Below are positions 17,535-26,403 of a stretch of 64,000 nucleotides of DNA, one piece after another. The position numbers and the translations under genes were made by a program. This stretch comes from Chloroflexota bacterium. GTDB lineage: Bacteria; Chloroflexota; Anaerolineae; Anaerolineales; UBA11858. Each line of letters begins with the position of its first letter. The stretch's first letter is position 1. The notes under the pieces were generated by a model. That model was not told the DNA's origin. It saw nothing but the letters and a program-made list of their open reading frames with translations, and did not search any database. The stretch spans positions 39,464 through 103,463 of the forward strand of contig JAANWX010000004.1 of NCBI GenBank assembly GCA_018263575.1, given 5' to 3'.

Positions 17535-17578
17535 GACGGAGGTGACAGTCACTTTCGGAAGTGACTGTCACCTCCGTC
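17535..17578. repeat. REP-like hairpin family C, copy 2 (intra-operon)
   Basis: GACGGAGGTGACAGTCACTT-TCGG-AAGTGACTGTCACCTCCGTC, a 20-bp perfect stem between the SBP stop (17518) and the ATPase start (17586). Confidence 0.85.
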
Positions 17579-17585
17579 AACCCCT

Positions 17586-18356
17586 ATGATCCAACTCGAA
17601 TCCATTAATTTTTCTTACCCCAACCAGCCCCCTATTTTTCAAGACTTTTCTTGGGAAGTTCAGGAGGGGGAAACCTGGGCGGTGTTGGGTCCTTCGGGAT
17701 GTGGGAAAACGACCCTGCTGTACCTCGTGGCCGGGTTACTCTTCCCCCAGGCGGGCCAGGTGAGGGTTGGCGGGGAAGCCCTGACCCGTCCTAGACCCCA
17801 CTCGGGATTGATCATCCAAGAATACGGCCTGTTGCCCTGGGCTACGGTGCGGGAAAACGCCCGATTGGGGTTGCGCCTCCGAGAATTCTACGGGCCGGAC
17901 GGCGTCCACAGTCCCCCGGATTTCACGCCCGGCCTGGACGTATCCCCCTGGCTGGAACGGTTGGGAATCCTCCACCTGGCCGAGAAGTATCCGAGGCAGA
18001 TTTCGGGCGGGGAACGGCAGCGAACGGCAATTGCCCGAACGTTGACCCTGGAGCCGGATCTCTTGTTGATGGATGAACCTTTCTCGTCCCTGGATGCCCC
18101 CACGCGCGAGTCGCTCCAAAACCTGACCCTGGAGCTTCAAGCCGAGCAGAACCTGACCCTGGTGATTGTCACCCACACCATTGAAGAGGCCGTCATCCTC
18201 GGCAAGCAGATTTTGCTTTTGGGGGATCCGCCCAACGTTCGCCCCCGGGTGATCCCCAACCCCCGGAGTGGTGATCCCCGCTACCGGGATAGCGATGCCT
18301 ACCGCGCTTTGTGCCGTCAGCTTAGAGCGCACATGGAGGGGGAAAAGGTCGCATGA
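17586..18356 (+). CDS. ABC transporter ATP-binding protein (NitT/TauT family)
   Basis: Walker A GPSGCGKTT, signature ISGGERQR, Walker B LLLMDEPFSSLD. Confidence 0.9.
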   Translation: MIQLESINFSYPNQPPIFQDFSWEVQEGETWAVLGPSGCGKTTLLYLVAGLLFPQAGQVRVGGEALTRPRPHSGLIIQEYGLLPWATVRENARLGLRLREFYGPDGVHSPPDFTPGLDVSPWLERLGILHLAEKYPRQISGGERQRTAIARTLTLEPDLLLMDEPFSSLDAPTRESLQNLTLELQAEQNLTLVIVTHTIEEAVILGKQILLLGDPPNVRPRVIPNPRSGDPRYRDSDAYRALCRQLRAHMEGEKVA

Positions 18357-19099
18357 GAATGAAGCGCCGCGACGTGTTTTGGGCCGCATTGGCCATCATT
18401 CTCCTGTGGCAGATCAGCGCCTGGGTGATCGACGAACCCATTTTGCCCACGCCCTTGGCAGTGATGGCCGTTCTCCCCCGCGAGCTTGGCCATGGCTTGT
18501 GGGAGCATTTTTCCGTCAGCCTGTGGCGGGTGGTAGCCAGCACCGGGTTGGCCATTGTTCTGGCTTCCCCGGCCGGGTTGATTTTGGGCCAATCTCCTCG
18601 CCTGAACGCCATTTTCTCCCCCGTGATTTATTTGCTCTATCCTATTCCTAAAGTTGTCCTCGTCCCGGTCTTGATCCTCATCTTTGGCCTGGGCGATTTG
18701 CCCAAGATTCTCATCATCTTCATCATCCTCTTTTTCCAAATTTTGGTCTTGGTGCGGGATCAGGCCGCCAGTTTACCCCCGGAACTGATCCAAAGCGTGC
18801 GCAGCCTGGGAGCGGGTCGGCGGGCGTTGTTCCGCTTCGTCTACTTCCCCGCCAGTTTGCCGGCCATCCTCACCGCCCTGCGCCAATCGGTGGGCACGGC
18901 GGTTGCCGTTCTCTACGTGGCGGAGCTGTTCGCCACCCAACGCGGGCTGGGGTATTATATCTACCTGAAGGGCAGTACGCTCTTCGACTATCCGGCCATG
19001 TACGCGGGCATCATAGCCATGAGCCTTTTGGGATTTGGGCTTTATTTTTCCGTGGAGTGGTTGGAACGGAAGTTGTGCCCTTGGCAATTATTAACCTAG
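18353..19099 (+). CDS. ABC transporter permease (NitT/TauT family)
   Basis: 248 aa, 6 TM, 4-nt start/stop overlap with the ATPase gene. BPD-transporter-like loop SLGAGRRALFRFVYFPASLP. Confidence 0.85.
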   Translation: MRMKRRDVFWAALAIILLWQISAWVIDEPILPTPLAVMAVLPRELGHGLWEHFSVSLWRVVASTGLAIVLASPAGLILGQSPRLNAIFSPVIYLLYPIPKVVLVPVLILIFGLGDLPKILIIFIILFFQILVLVRDQAASLPPELIQSVRSLGAGRRALFRFVYFPASLPAILTALRQSVGTAVAVLYVAELFATQRGLGYYIYLKGSTLFDYPAMYAGIIAMSLLGFGLYFSVEWLERKLCPWQLLT

Positions 19100-19176
19100 A
19101 TTGGTATATTGGGAAGTTAGTAAACTGGTAGATTGGTTGGCCAACCAATCTGCCAGTTTACCAGTATCACCAATCT
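19098..19176. repeat. Long imperfect palindrome
   Basis: Centre GTAAACTGGTAGATTGGTTGG|CCAACCAATCTGCCAGTTTAC (1 mismatch), with outer arms AGATTGGTATATTGG / CCAGTATCACCAATCT. Confidence 0.7.
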
Positions 19177-19188
19177 ACTTATTAAAAA

Positions 19189-19222
19189 AACAGCCCCCAA
19201 TCTAAAATCGAGGGCTGTTTTC
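19189..19222. terminator. Candidate bidirectional intrinsic terminator (ABC operon / AOR gene)
   Basis: A-tract, 7-bp stem ACAGCCC...GGGCTGT, then a T-tract, between convergent genes. Confidence 0.5.
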
Positions 19223-19245
19223 TATATAAGGGGAATCTCTTGCGA

Positions 19246-21405
19246 TTAGGTATAGGCCTTTTGTACTACTTCTACTACCTCCGGCAGGTCAATGCCTAGG
19301 CTTTGGAGTTTCTCCATGGTGGGAATGCCGTTGGGTGTCCAGCCCCGGCGCTTGTAGACAGTGTCGACCAGGACATCATATTGGTCTTCGCGGTATTTGC
19401 GCAGCTTGGCGACCTTTTCTGCCGTGCTCAAGCTTTGGGGATCGACCCCTACCATCTCCTGGAGTTGTTGGTTGAAGTATTCGGTGCGGGCTTCATATTC
19501 CTCATCCGTGACCGGGCCCATAGCGCGATAGGGGGGATAATCGTGCTCGCGGGTACCGAATCCCAGGCGCAGGTTGAATACCCGTTGGAAATTGTAAACG
19601 CGCTCGGATTGGGTGATGAAGTCGTCGGGGGTGACGCTCTCTCCGGTGACGCCTTCGTATACCCAGGTGTAGTTTTCAACGTGTTCGGCAATTTTTTCCG
19701 GGTCTTCGGTTTCGGCGTTATCGGCCGGTTTGATGTCGTTCCAGGGAAGCTTGCACAAGCCATGTAGGCTGAACCAGGTGCGCCACATGGGGTAGTAGTG
19801 CAGGGCTTCGGCCTTTTTCTCCAGGGTGGGCAAAGTCTTGTTGACCTGATCCATAAAGATCAGCCAGGCCTCGTCGTGTTGTCCGCCTTTGAGGGCCATG
19901 CCGTACCCGCCTTGTTGGGCGAGGGATTCTTTGGTCACATATTCTGAGATTTCCATCCCCTTGACTTCCATGCCGATGTCATGCAGGTGGCCAGGGTCTC
20001 CACCAAATTCCTCAGCGAAATAAGATTTCATATAACGCACGCCTTGCCCGACAATGACGCCGAATCCCTCTCCCCGCGCCATCTGGTGGAGGAGTTCCAG
20101 GGCGGCTTCGGCGTTGCCCCAGGTCAGATCCACCCCCCCCGTGCGCTCCTCGTTGAGGACGCCGTCCGCGTAACACTCCATGGCGAAAGCCACCGAATTA
20201 GCAAAGGAGATGGTATCCACGCCGTAGCTGTCACAATAAAAATTCAATTCGATGACGACCAGCGGGTCAAAGATGCCGATGTTGGAACCTAGCCCAGCCG
20301 CGTTTTCGTATTCAGGGCCGTCTACGATGACTTCTTCCCCTGCGTGAGGGCCGGTCTGGAGTTCGAAATCGTTTACTGCGTGGGAGCAGGCCATGGTGCA
20401 TCCCATCCAACAACTGTCGTTACGGTTCTCTTGAGCGAAAGCGTTTTTCCAAACCGTGGAGTCAATTTCATGGGTCTCGGGATGGGCGCCGAAGCGGAAA
20501 TTATGGACCGGGAGCAAGTTGAAGTGATCCATGATCTCGACCAGGTGAGCGGTGCCCACAGAGCGCATGTCGTTCTGCTCCGCGTCCAAGGTTCTGATCT
20601 CGTTGTTGATGCGCTTTCCCGCTTTGCGGATGAGCTCGAAGTCGGCGGGGCTGTTGCTTTTCCCGCTAAGGTTGCTGAAATGGATAACGATGCCCTTGAT
20701 ATTCTTTTCCCGGAAAACCCTTCCCGAGCCTCCCCGAGCACATTGTTTGACGCGCACCTCTTTCCGGCGGTTGTCATACCAGCTCAGGTTGAGGCCGGCG
20801 AAGCGGATGTGATTGGCGGCTTCTCCAGTGGTAACGACCGAGACATTGCGTTTATCCCTTTCATCTTTGGCGTACATTTCGGTGAGGAGACCAGCCAAGG
20901 GGTAGGTATTGAGTTCTTCTTCAGGAGCAGCCTCAATGGTAACTTTGCCTGTGTCCCCGTTGATAAAGATAATCACATCCTCTTCTGCTTTGCCCTGAAT
21001 GGCTAGCGCGTCGAAGCCGGAGAACTTGAGATAAGGGGCAAAATACCCACCGCCGTTGCTATCGATCACGGAATTTGTGAGGGGGGAGAGGGTGACTGTG
21101 GTGGTTTTTCCCATCCCTGGGTAGGCCGTTGTCCCGCACAGGGGACCGTTGGCAAAGACGAGCGCGTTTTCAGGGTCGTTCCATTGGGTATCGTCTCGTA
21201 TTGCTTCCCAAAGAAGGCGAATCGCAAATCCACGTCCACCGGTGAATATATCTTTCATTTCTTGAGTAACCGGCTTTTCTTGGATGGTGTTTAGGGTGAG
21301 GTCAATGTGCAAGGTGCGGTTTGCGTAACCTCGCTCCATAGGTTTGAGTTCGTATTCGTGTTCGGCTAATAGTTTATGTGTTGCTCGCCAATCTTTTTTG
21401 GTCAT
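19246..21405 (-). CDS. aor: Aldehyde:ferredoxin oxidoreductase family (tungstopterin) protein
   Basis: 719 aa. AFOR N-domain (ANRTLHIDLT...FTGGRGFAIRLLWE), the central FYCDSYGVDTISF motif, and C-terminal RRGWTPNGIPT. Confidence 0.85.
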   Translation of the reverse strand: MTKKDWRATHKLLAEHEYELKPMERGYANRTLHIDLTLNTIQEKPVTQEMKDIFTGGRGFAIRLLWEAIRDDTQWNDPENALVFANGPLCGTTAYPGMGKTTTVTLSPLTNSVIDSNGGGYFAPYLKFSGFDALAIQGKAEEDVIIFINGDTGKVTIEAAPEEELNTYPLAGLLTEMYAKDERDKRNVSVVTTGEAANHIRFAGLNLSWYDNRRKEVRVKQCARGGSGRVFREKNIKGIVIHFSNLSGKSNSPADFELIRKAGKRINNEIRTLDAEQNDMRSVGTAHLVEIMDHFNLLPVHNFRFGAHPETHEIDSTVWKNAFAQENRNDSCWMGCTMACSHAVNDFELQTGPHAGEEVIVDGPEYENAAGLGSNIGIFDPLVVIELNFYCDSYGVDTISFANSVAFAMECYADGVLNEERTGGVDLTWGNAEAALELLHQMARGEGFGVIVGQGVRYMKSYFAEEFGGDPGHLHDIGMEVKGMEISEYVTKESLAQQGGYGMALKGGQHDEAWLIFMDQVNKTLPTLEKKAEALHYYPMWRTWFSLHGLCKLPWNDIKPADNAETEDPEKIAEHVENYTWVYEGVTGESVTPDDFITQSERVYNFQRVFNLRLGFGTREHDYPPYRAMGPVTDEEYEARTEYFNQQLQEMVGVDPQSLSTAEKVAKLRKYREDQYDVLVDTVYKRRGWTPNGIPTMEKLQSLGIDLPEVVEVVQKAYT

Positions 21406-21908
21406 TTCAATCTCCTTATTAATCTAATTTGTGCCATTTTGCCCATGTCATACTTATCGTATCAGTATTATATCTTTAAGCAACTGAGAATCTTCCTTAT
21501 TTTTACACATTCATGGGATGGTTCAGAAACATGAATACACTTTGGGTACACGAAGTGGCCAACCGCGTTGGCGGCATAATTGGGCAAATCGCAGTCTACC
21601 AAATCTACCCAATACTGTTGTGTTTCTACCCGTGAGGAAAAGTGTCCACTAATTTCTAGCTTGAAATGAACCATCTCTATTAAACACTCCGTTTAAGAAG
21701 AGATAAACGCTTTACGGATATGCATATTTTGTTGTTTTGATAAAATAATCCATGAGTAGGGCAGATTTACATTGGGACCTATTTTGGAAGCTGTTCTTTA
21801 CTCGCATGCCTTGTCATGCAAAGGTTATATTCCTATAATTGATTTGCGCGACATTGCCGGTATAATTTGATTGGTATAGCAGGATTTTTTTAGAAATGAC
21901 TGTGGTGG

Positions 21909-22040
21909 CTTCTCAAAAAACAGGGGAAATGTAGCCGAGATTTTCGCACAGCATACCCGAAGGGGTACCAAATCTCGCTTTTGCGGGGTCACGGTGTGCG
22001 CCCTTGGCGTAGAAACCCCGGCTACAGAATCGTTCCCCAG
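21909..22040. repeat. MITE-like repeat family A, copy 2 (short variant)
   Basis: Reverse complement of 62-260 without the roughly 64-bp internal segment. It ends 34 nt before the ATG at 22074. Confidence 0.75.
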
Positions 22041-22073
22041 AATGTTGAAAAGATACGACTGTGGAGGAAAGGG

Positions 22074-23552
22074 ATGCGGAAAAAGTTGGTGGCAGTTTTC
22101 ATGGCATCATTCTTTTTGGCGGCTTGTACATCGTCAGGAATTTCAACGGTGAGCGTGCCAGTCTATTCTGATGTCACGCCCCGCTTCCGAGAAGCTTATG
22201 GCATACTCCAGTGGGAGGGGGAGTATATTTTGGGGGAATCGGTTTCTTCCTTGTGTAAAACGCCTGATACTGAGGTCGAAAGGCAATATTTTGAAAACGG
22301 GGTCTTGGTCTATAACCCTTATGTCTCTCCCCATTATTATTTAGATACTTTGGATAATAACCTTATTCCAGGCCATGTTGTTCCACTTAAAAATGTACCT
22401 ACCTCTGCGCGCCTGGTAGGTGATTGGATCCTTCTAAATGAATTTGTCTCCTTGTATGAGGAGCATGGAGAGCGTTGGTTAGGAGAACCTACTACGAGTA
22501 CGCTGTGGAACCCGCAACTAGAAAGATACGAACAATATTTTGAGAATATGGCAGCCTTCCGTTATGAGGGTGATCCTCCTGATAGGGTTCGTTTTCTACC
22601 TGCTGGAGAAATGAAATATAGCCTAACGGGATGTGGAGAAGTTGGCTTAGAAAATCCTTTAGTTAGCCCGCCTGTTGATCCTTCTTACTCTGGAGAACTG
22701 GATTCGAATCTAGCTAAAGTGGCTGAGTCCCGCCTTGGGTCATCTTTCGTAGGTTTGCAACTCACGGGGGATTTTTGGGCGGATGACGGGAAGAAGGAAT
22801 TGATTTATGAAAACGTAGCTATCTACGCTGATGAAAGCAGTCCCATGGGGATTTCCCTCCGTCCCTTACCGGTTATTCTGGGATATCCTACTGACTCTCT
22901 AGAAACTCCCCAAGAGGGGATGTACTTTAGAGCCATCTCAGGTGAGCAAGGCTATAATATTCCGGGGTATTTCAATAGTTTTATCTCTCTCCATTCTGGC
23001 CATGAGCTAGCGGGGGAGCCTATTTCTCGCTTGCAGGATCTGGGAAACAGCATTACGCAGCAGTGTTTCGAAAATTATTGTTTGCGGTATGACCCCAAAC
23101 TTTCTCCCCGTGAGCAGGTCTCTCTTCTTCCCTTGGGCATAGAGTATAAAGGGAGCGTAGATACCTCTGGCTCTTCCCCTTCATCCACTTCACCCTCATC
23201 CTCCACATCCTCCGCGCCTTCTCCTACACCTTTGCCCACACAGACACCAGCTCTTGAAATGTTTATCTGGGTTCTTTATTCTCAAATAACCTCTGTGCAA
23301 TCCCAAATGTTCGGTGTCTGTGTTCAGGCCGGAGATGACGCCCTTTATGAATATTCAGCTAGATTGCTATTCCCCTCAGATGGAAATAATTTTTCTTTTC
23401 CCTCCCCTGATGATAAGGGTTGTGCCTATGTTAAACTTCCACCGATCGAAAAGAGCAACGGCACATTGATAGAATACCAAGTTTGTATTACATCTTCTTG
23501 GGGTGAAAGGCTTTGTGCGAACGACAACTTCTTGATTTGGGGAAATCCCTGA
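22074..23552 (+). CDS. Hypothetical lipoprotein
   Basis: ATG 22074 with GGAGG upstream. Signal peptide plus lipobox FLAAC and a Ser/Pro-rich linker. Lower GC. The N-terminal extension in the ORF track is a translation of MITE A. Confidence 0.7.
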   Translation: MRKKLVAVFMASFFLAACTSSGISTVSVPVYSDVTPRFREAYGILQWEGEYILGESVSSLCKTPDTEVERQYFENGVLVYNPYVSPHYYLDTLDNNLIPGHVVPLKNVPTSARLVGDWILLNEFVSLYEEHGERWLGEPTTSTLWNPQLERYEQYFENMAAFRYEGDPPDRVRFLPAGEMKYSLTGCGEVGLENPLVSPPVDPSYSGELDSNLAKVAESRLGSSFVGLQLTGDFWADDGKKELIYENVAIYADESSPMGISLRPLPVILGYPTDSLETPQEGMYFRAISGEQGYNIPGYFNSFISLHSGHELAGEPISRLQDLGNSITQQCFENYCLRYDPKLSPREQVSLLPLGIEYKGSVDTSGSSPSSTSPSSSTSSAPSPTPLPTQTPALEMFIWVLYSQITSVQSQMFGVCVQAGDDALYEYSARLLFPSDGNNFSFPSPDDKGCAYVKLPPIEKSNGTLIEYQVCITSSWGERLCANDNFLIWGNP

Positions 23553-23580
23553 ATCAGACTTGGAAAAAAAGAGGACTACC

Positions 23581-24954
23581 ATGAAATATCGCCATTCTAT
23601 CTTTTTTGTCATAGCCTTATTGATCTTAGTTTCCCTGGCATGCACTTTTGGCGGGGGAGCGACTGAGGAACCAGAGGCTCCCAACGAAGATACCATAGCT
23701 ACCAGCGTGGCTGCGACTCTGATGGCCGAAGAACCGCCGCCGGAAGAGACACAGCCAGCCCTTGAAGTTTCCCCAGAGTCCCCCACAGCTACAGATACCC
23801 CTGAGCCTACGCTAACCCCTTCCCCTGTCCTAAAGGTGGCGTATCTTTCTGGGGGGAACGTTTGGCTGTGGACAGAAGGGGCTGGGGCTGTGCAGCTTAC
23901 CCATGCCGGGCAGGCCACTAATCTGAGCATCTCTGATGATGGTTTCGTTGTGGCTTTCGTTCGCGAAGTTGCCTATGCCGATTATGAGCTATGGGCTGTC
24001 AATACCGATGGTTCAGATGAGCGCCGTCTTCTCAGCGTGGCCGATTTCGACGCCATGCCGCAGCGGGATGGGTCCATCGGCGTGGCCCCCTTTCAGCTTG
24101 GTTGGGTCCCGGGAACGCATACCCTGGCCTTCAACACCAGGCCGCTCTACGAAGGGCCGGGGCTCTTTAGCGATAACAACCTTCACCTGGTGGATGTCGA
24201 TGGCCTGACCCACACCCTCCTCTTGCCCAATGGACAGGGTGGGATGTTCTACTACTCCCCCAATGGGGCGCAAATTGCCATTATCACCCCGACGGACATC
24301 ACCCTGGTCAACGCCGGTGGGGGAAACCGGCGGGAGATGGTCACCTACCCCAACATTTACACCTACAGCGAATACGCCTATTACCCCGAACCACACTGGC
24401 TGCCCGGTTCCAGGGCTTTGCTGGTGGCCATCCCTCCCGAAGACCCGTTGGGAGACCCCGGCGCGCCCACCGCGCTGTGGCGGCTCCCTGCGGGTGGTTC
24501 CCCGGCGGTTTTGATCCGCAACGTGGTCACCGCGCCCTTTTTCATCTCCCCGGCAGCCTTCTCGCCGGACGGCCGTCAGGTTGCTTATCTCACCCAAGTT
24601 GGGGATGAAACCAGTGACCGGCGCGATTTGAACATCATGGCCATGGATGGTTCTAGCACCAGCGTATACGCTTCCGGGACGCTGTGGTTTTCTAGCTGGT
24701 CACCCGATTCCCTGAATTTTGCTTACGCTATGGATTCGCCGACGAGCATGAAATTGGGGCAGGTAGGGGCCGGGTCCAGGCCGCTGACGGACACAGGCTT
24801 TGCCAACAACCTGCGCTGGGTCAGTGCGGATGACATTCTCTTCGAAGCCGGTGGGGCGGGGAGTTGGGAGATTCGGCGCGGCGTGCCCGGCGGATCCAGC
24901 GTCCAGATTGCCTACCTGGGGGACGAGTTCCCGGTCTTTGACTTTACGGAGTAG
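23581..24954 (+). CDS. Secreted/anchored PD40 (TolB-like) beta-propeller repeat protein
   Basis: Signal/anchor sequence, an acidic PT linker, and repeated SP(D/N)G..(V/I)A motifs (SPNGAQIAI, SPDGRQVAYL, SWSPDS). Confidence 0.7.
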   Translation: MKYRHSIFFVIALLILVSLACTFGGGATEEPEAPNEDTIATSVAATLMAEEPPPEETQPALEVSPESPTATDTPEPTLTPSPVLKVAYLSGGNVWLWTEGAGAVQLTHAGQATNLSISDDGFVVAFVREVAYADYELWAVNTDGSDERRLLSVADFDAMPQRDGSIGVAPFQLGWVPGTHTLAFNTRPLYEGPGLFSDNNLHLVDVDGLTHTLLLPNGQGGMFYYSPNGAQIAIITPTDITLVNAGGGNRREMVTYPNIYTYSEYAYYPEPHWLPGSRALLVAIPPEDPLGDPGAPTALWRLPAGGSPAVLIRNVVTAPFFISPAAFSPDGRQVAYLTQVGDETSDRRDLNIMAMDGSSTSVYASGTLWFSSWSPDSLNFAYAMDSPTSMKLGQVGAGSRPLTDTGFANNLRWVSADDILFEAGGAGSWEIRRGVPGGSSVQIAYLGDEFPVFDFTE

Positions 24955-24981
24955 ACTTGTACTCAATGCCCTGCATCTATC

Positions 24982-25046
24982 CGCCTAACTCCTAACTCGC
25001 CACTCGCACCTCATCACTCATCACTCATTACTCGTCACTCATCACC
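24982..25046. repeat. Degenerate heptamer tandem array (CCTAACT / CTCATCA / TTACTCG units)
   Basis: 7-nt periodicity read directly, in the convergent intergenic region. The rdhA-like stop codon lies inside it. Confidence 0.8.
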
Positions 25047-26397
25047 CCACCCCCACCCACCCCGGCCCTTCCCCCACCTCCGGTTCTTCCCCATAGAAAA
25101 AATCATCCATCCATAATGCGGCCCGCCGAAAGAGGGCGGATTTTTGGATTCCCCAGCGCACGAAGTTATGGGCGAAGTTATCGGGATGCGAGAAGGGGCA
25201 AACGGCCATGCAGCGACCGCAATCGGTGCCGGCCACGTTCCAGTAGCGAAAGCAGGTGTCGGGGTTGATTTTCCAGCGGAGCGCGCCGTCGATTTCTTCC
25301 CGCTTGCCAAAGGGGATGGAGCGCGAGGGGCAAGTTGTGGCGCATTTCTGGCAGATGTTGCAGAAATCTATGATGGCCGTGTTTGGTTCGCGTCCGTCGG
25401 GGATGAGTTCCAGGTCGGTGGTGACCACGCCGACGCGGACACGCGGTCCCTGGCGGGGGGTCATGAGGATGGACATGCGCCCGATTTCTCCCAGGCCGGC
25501 GTCACGGGCCACCAAGGGGGCGATGACGCGGTAGTTGCCGTCAATGTGGGCCCGGGCCGGGTGGCCCATCTCCCGCAGGGCGGCGGCCAACTGGACTGCG
25601 ATTCGGGCGGCTTCTACGTACTCCTTTCCCGTTTCCATGGTCAAGGGTGGCTGGGGGGCGGTTTGGGTCATCTCGAAATTCATCTCTACAGTGAAGGCGA
25701 TGGCGTGGGTATGAGAGAGGGAGATGGGCGCTCCGTAGGTTCCGCACCCCCGCCCAATGTGGGAGTAGACGTGGTACGGCTCCAGCTTTGTGACTCCCAC
25801 GTCTAACGCGCCGTAGAAGCGGGCCAAGTTTTTGATGTAGGCCGTCATTTCCTTGGGGGATAAAGTGACCCGTTCCGGCGCGGTGGGGCCGTTGACGGCT
25901 TCGCTTAGGGCCTCGGTGAGGAAGAAACTTGCCTCTGTGGAAGCGAAGTGGTAAGGGTTGGCGAATTGCGATTCAGGGGAGAGCAGCCCCGGCTTGGCAC
26001 GGGTTTTCTCGTCTTCGACTTTGTGACGGGGATGGCGTGCGTAGTATTCGTTGTAGGCCTCGCTTCCGGGTTCCAGGCGGGCGCGGGCGAAGATGATTTC
26101 CCGCTCGTCAACACGCTGGGAGGGGGCGTCTCTTCCGGTGGGGGGGATGTTCCGCTGGGGAAGGAGGAAGGCCCCGATGGCAAGCGCTCCTCCCACGACG
26201 AGTGCTCCGGACGCAAAATGGGGAAGAGGCGGGGGCAGGTGGAGCATCCCCCAAAAAAAGGCGCAGCCGACAATGGCTGCCAGGGAAGAGCGTTGGGCGG
26301 CGCGGGGTTCTTTTTCATGCCAGGAGATGATGGCGAAGGCGCCAAACCCGGTTAGGAAGAGGAGGGCGGTTAGGGGCAGGATTAGTTTTGGAATCAT
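25042..26397 (-). CDS. Reductive dehalogenase (RdhA)-like corrinoid/Fe-S protein with three N-terminal TM helices
   Basis: C-terminal CNICQKCATTCPSRSI and C-x12-CGRCMAVCPFS cluster motifs. AGLGEIGRMSILMTPRQGPRVRVGVVTTDL matches the RdhA/QueG core. The N-terminal 85 aa form three hydrophobic helices, and there is no RRxFLK TAT motif. Confidence 0.7.
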   Translation of the reverse strand: MIPKLILPLTALLFLTGFGAFAIISWHEKEPRAAQRSSLAAIVGCAFFWGMLHLPPPLPHFASGALVVGGALAIGAFLLPQRNIPPTGRDAPSQRVDEREIIFARARLEPGSEAYNEYYARHPRHKVEDEKTRAKPGLLSPESQFANPYHFASTEASFFLTEALSEAVNGPTAPERVTLSPKEMTAYIKNLARFYGALDVGVTKLEPYHVYSHIGRGCGTYGAPISLSHTHAIAFTVEMNFEMTQTAPQPPLTMETGKEYVEAARIAVQLAAALREMGHPARAHIDGNYRVIAPLVARDAGLGEIGRMSILMTPRQGPRVRVGVVTTDLELIPDGREPNTAIIDFCNICQKCATTCPSRSIPFGKREEIDGALRWKINPDTCFRYWNVAGTDCGRCMAVCPFSHPDNFAHNFVRWGIQKSALFRRAALWMDDFFYGEEPEVGEGPGWVGVG

Positions 26398-26403
26398 GGT
26401 GGG

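Noticed and set aside
21468-21674. 68-aa Cys-containing ORF (minus strand) upstream of the AOR gene, with GGAG 12 nt before its ATG
   Set aside because: No recognisable family. It lies in an AT-rich 570-bp leader containing GGGTAG repeat-like motifs and cannot be supported without conservation data. It may be worth checking by Ribo-seq.
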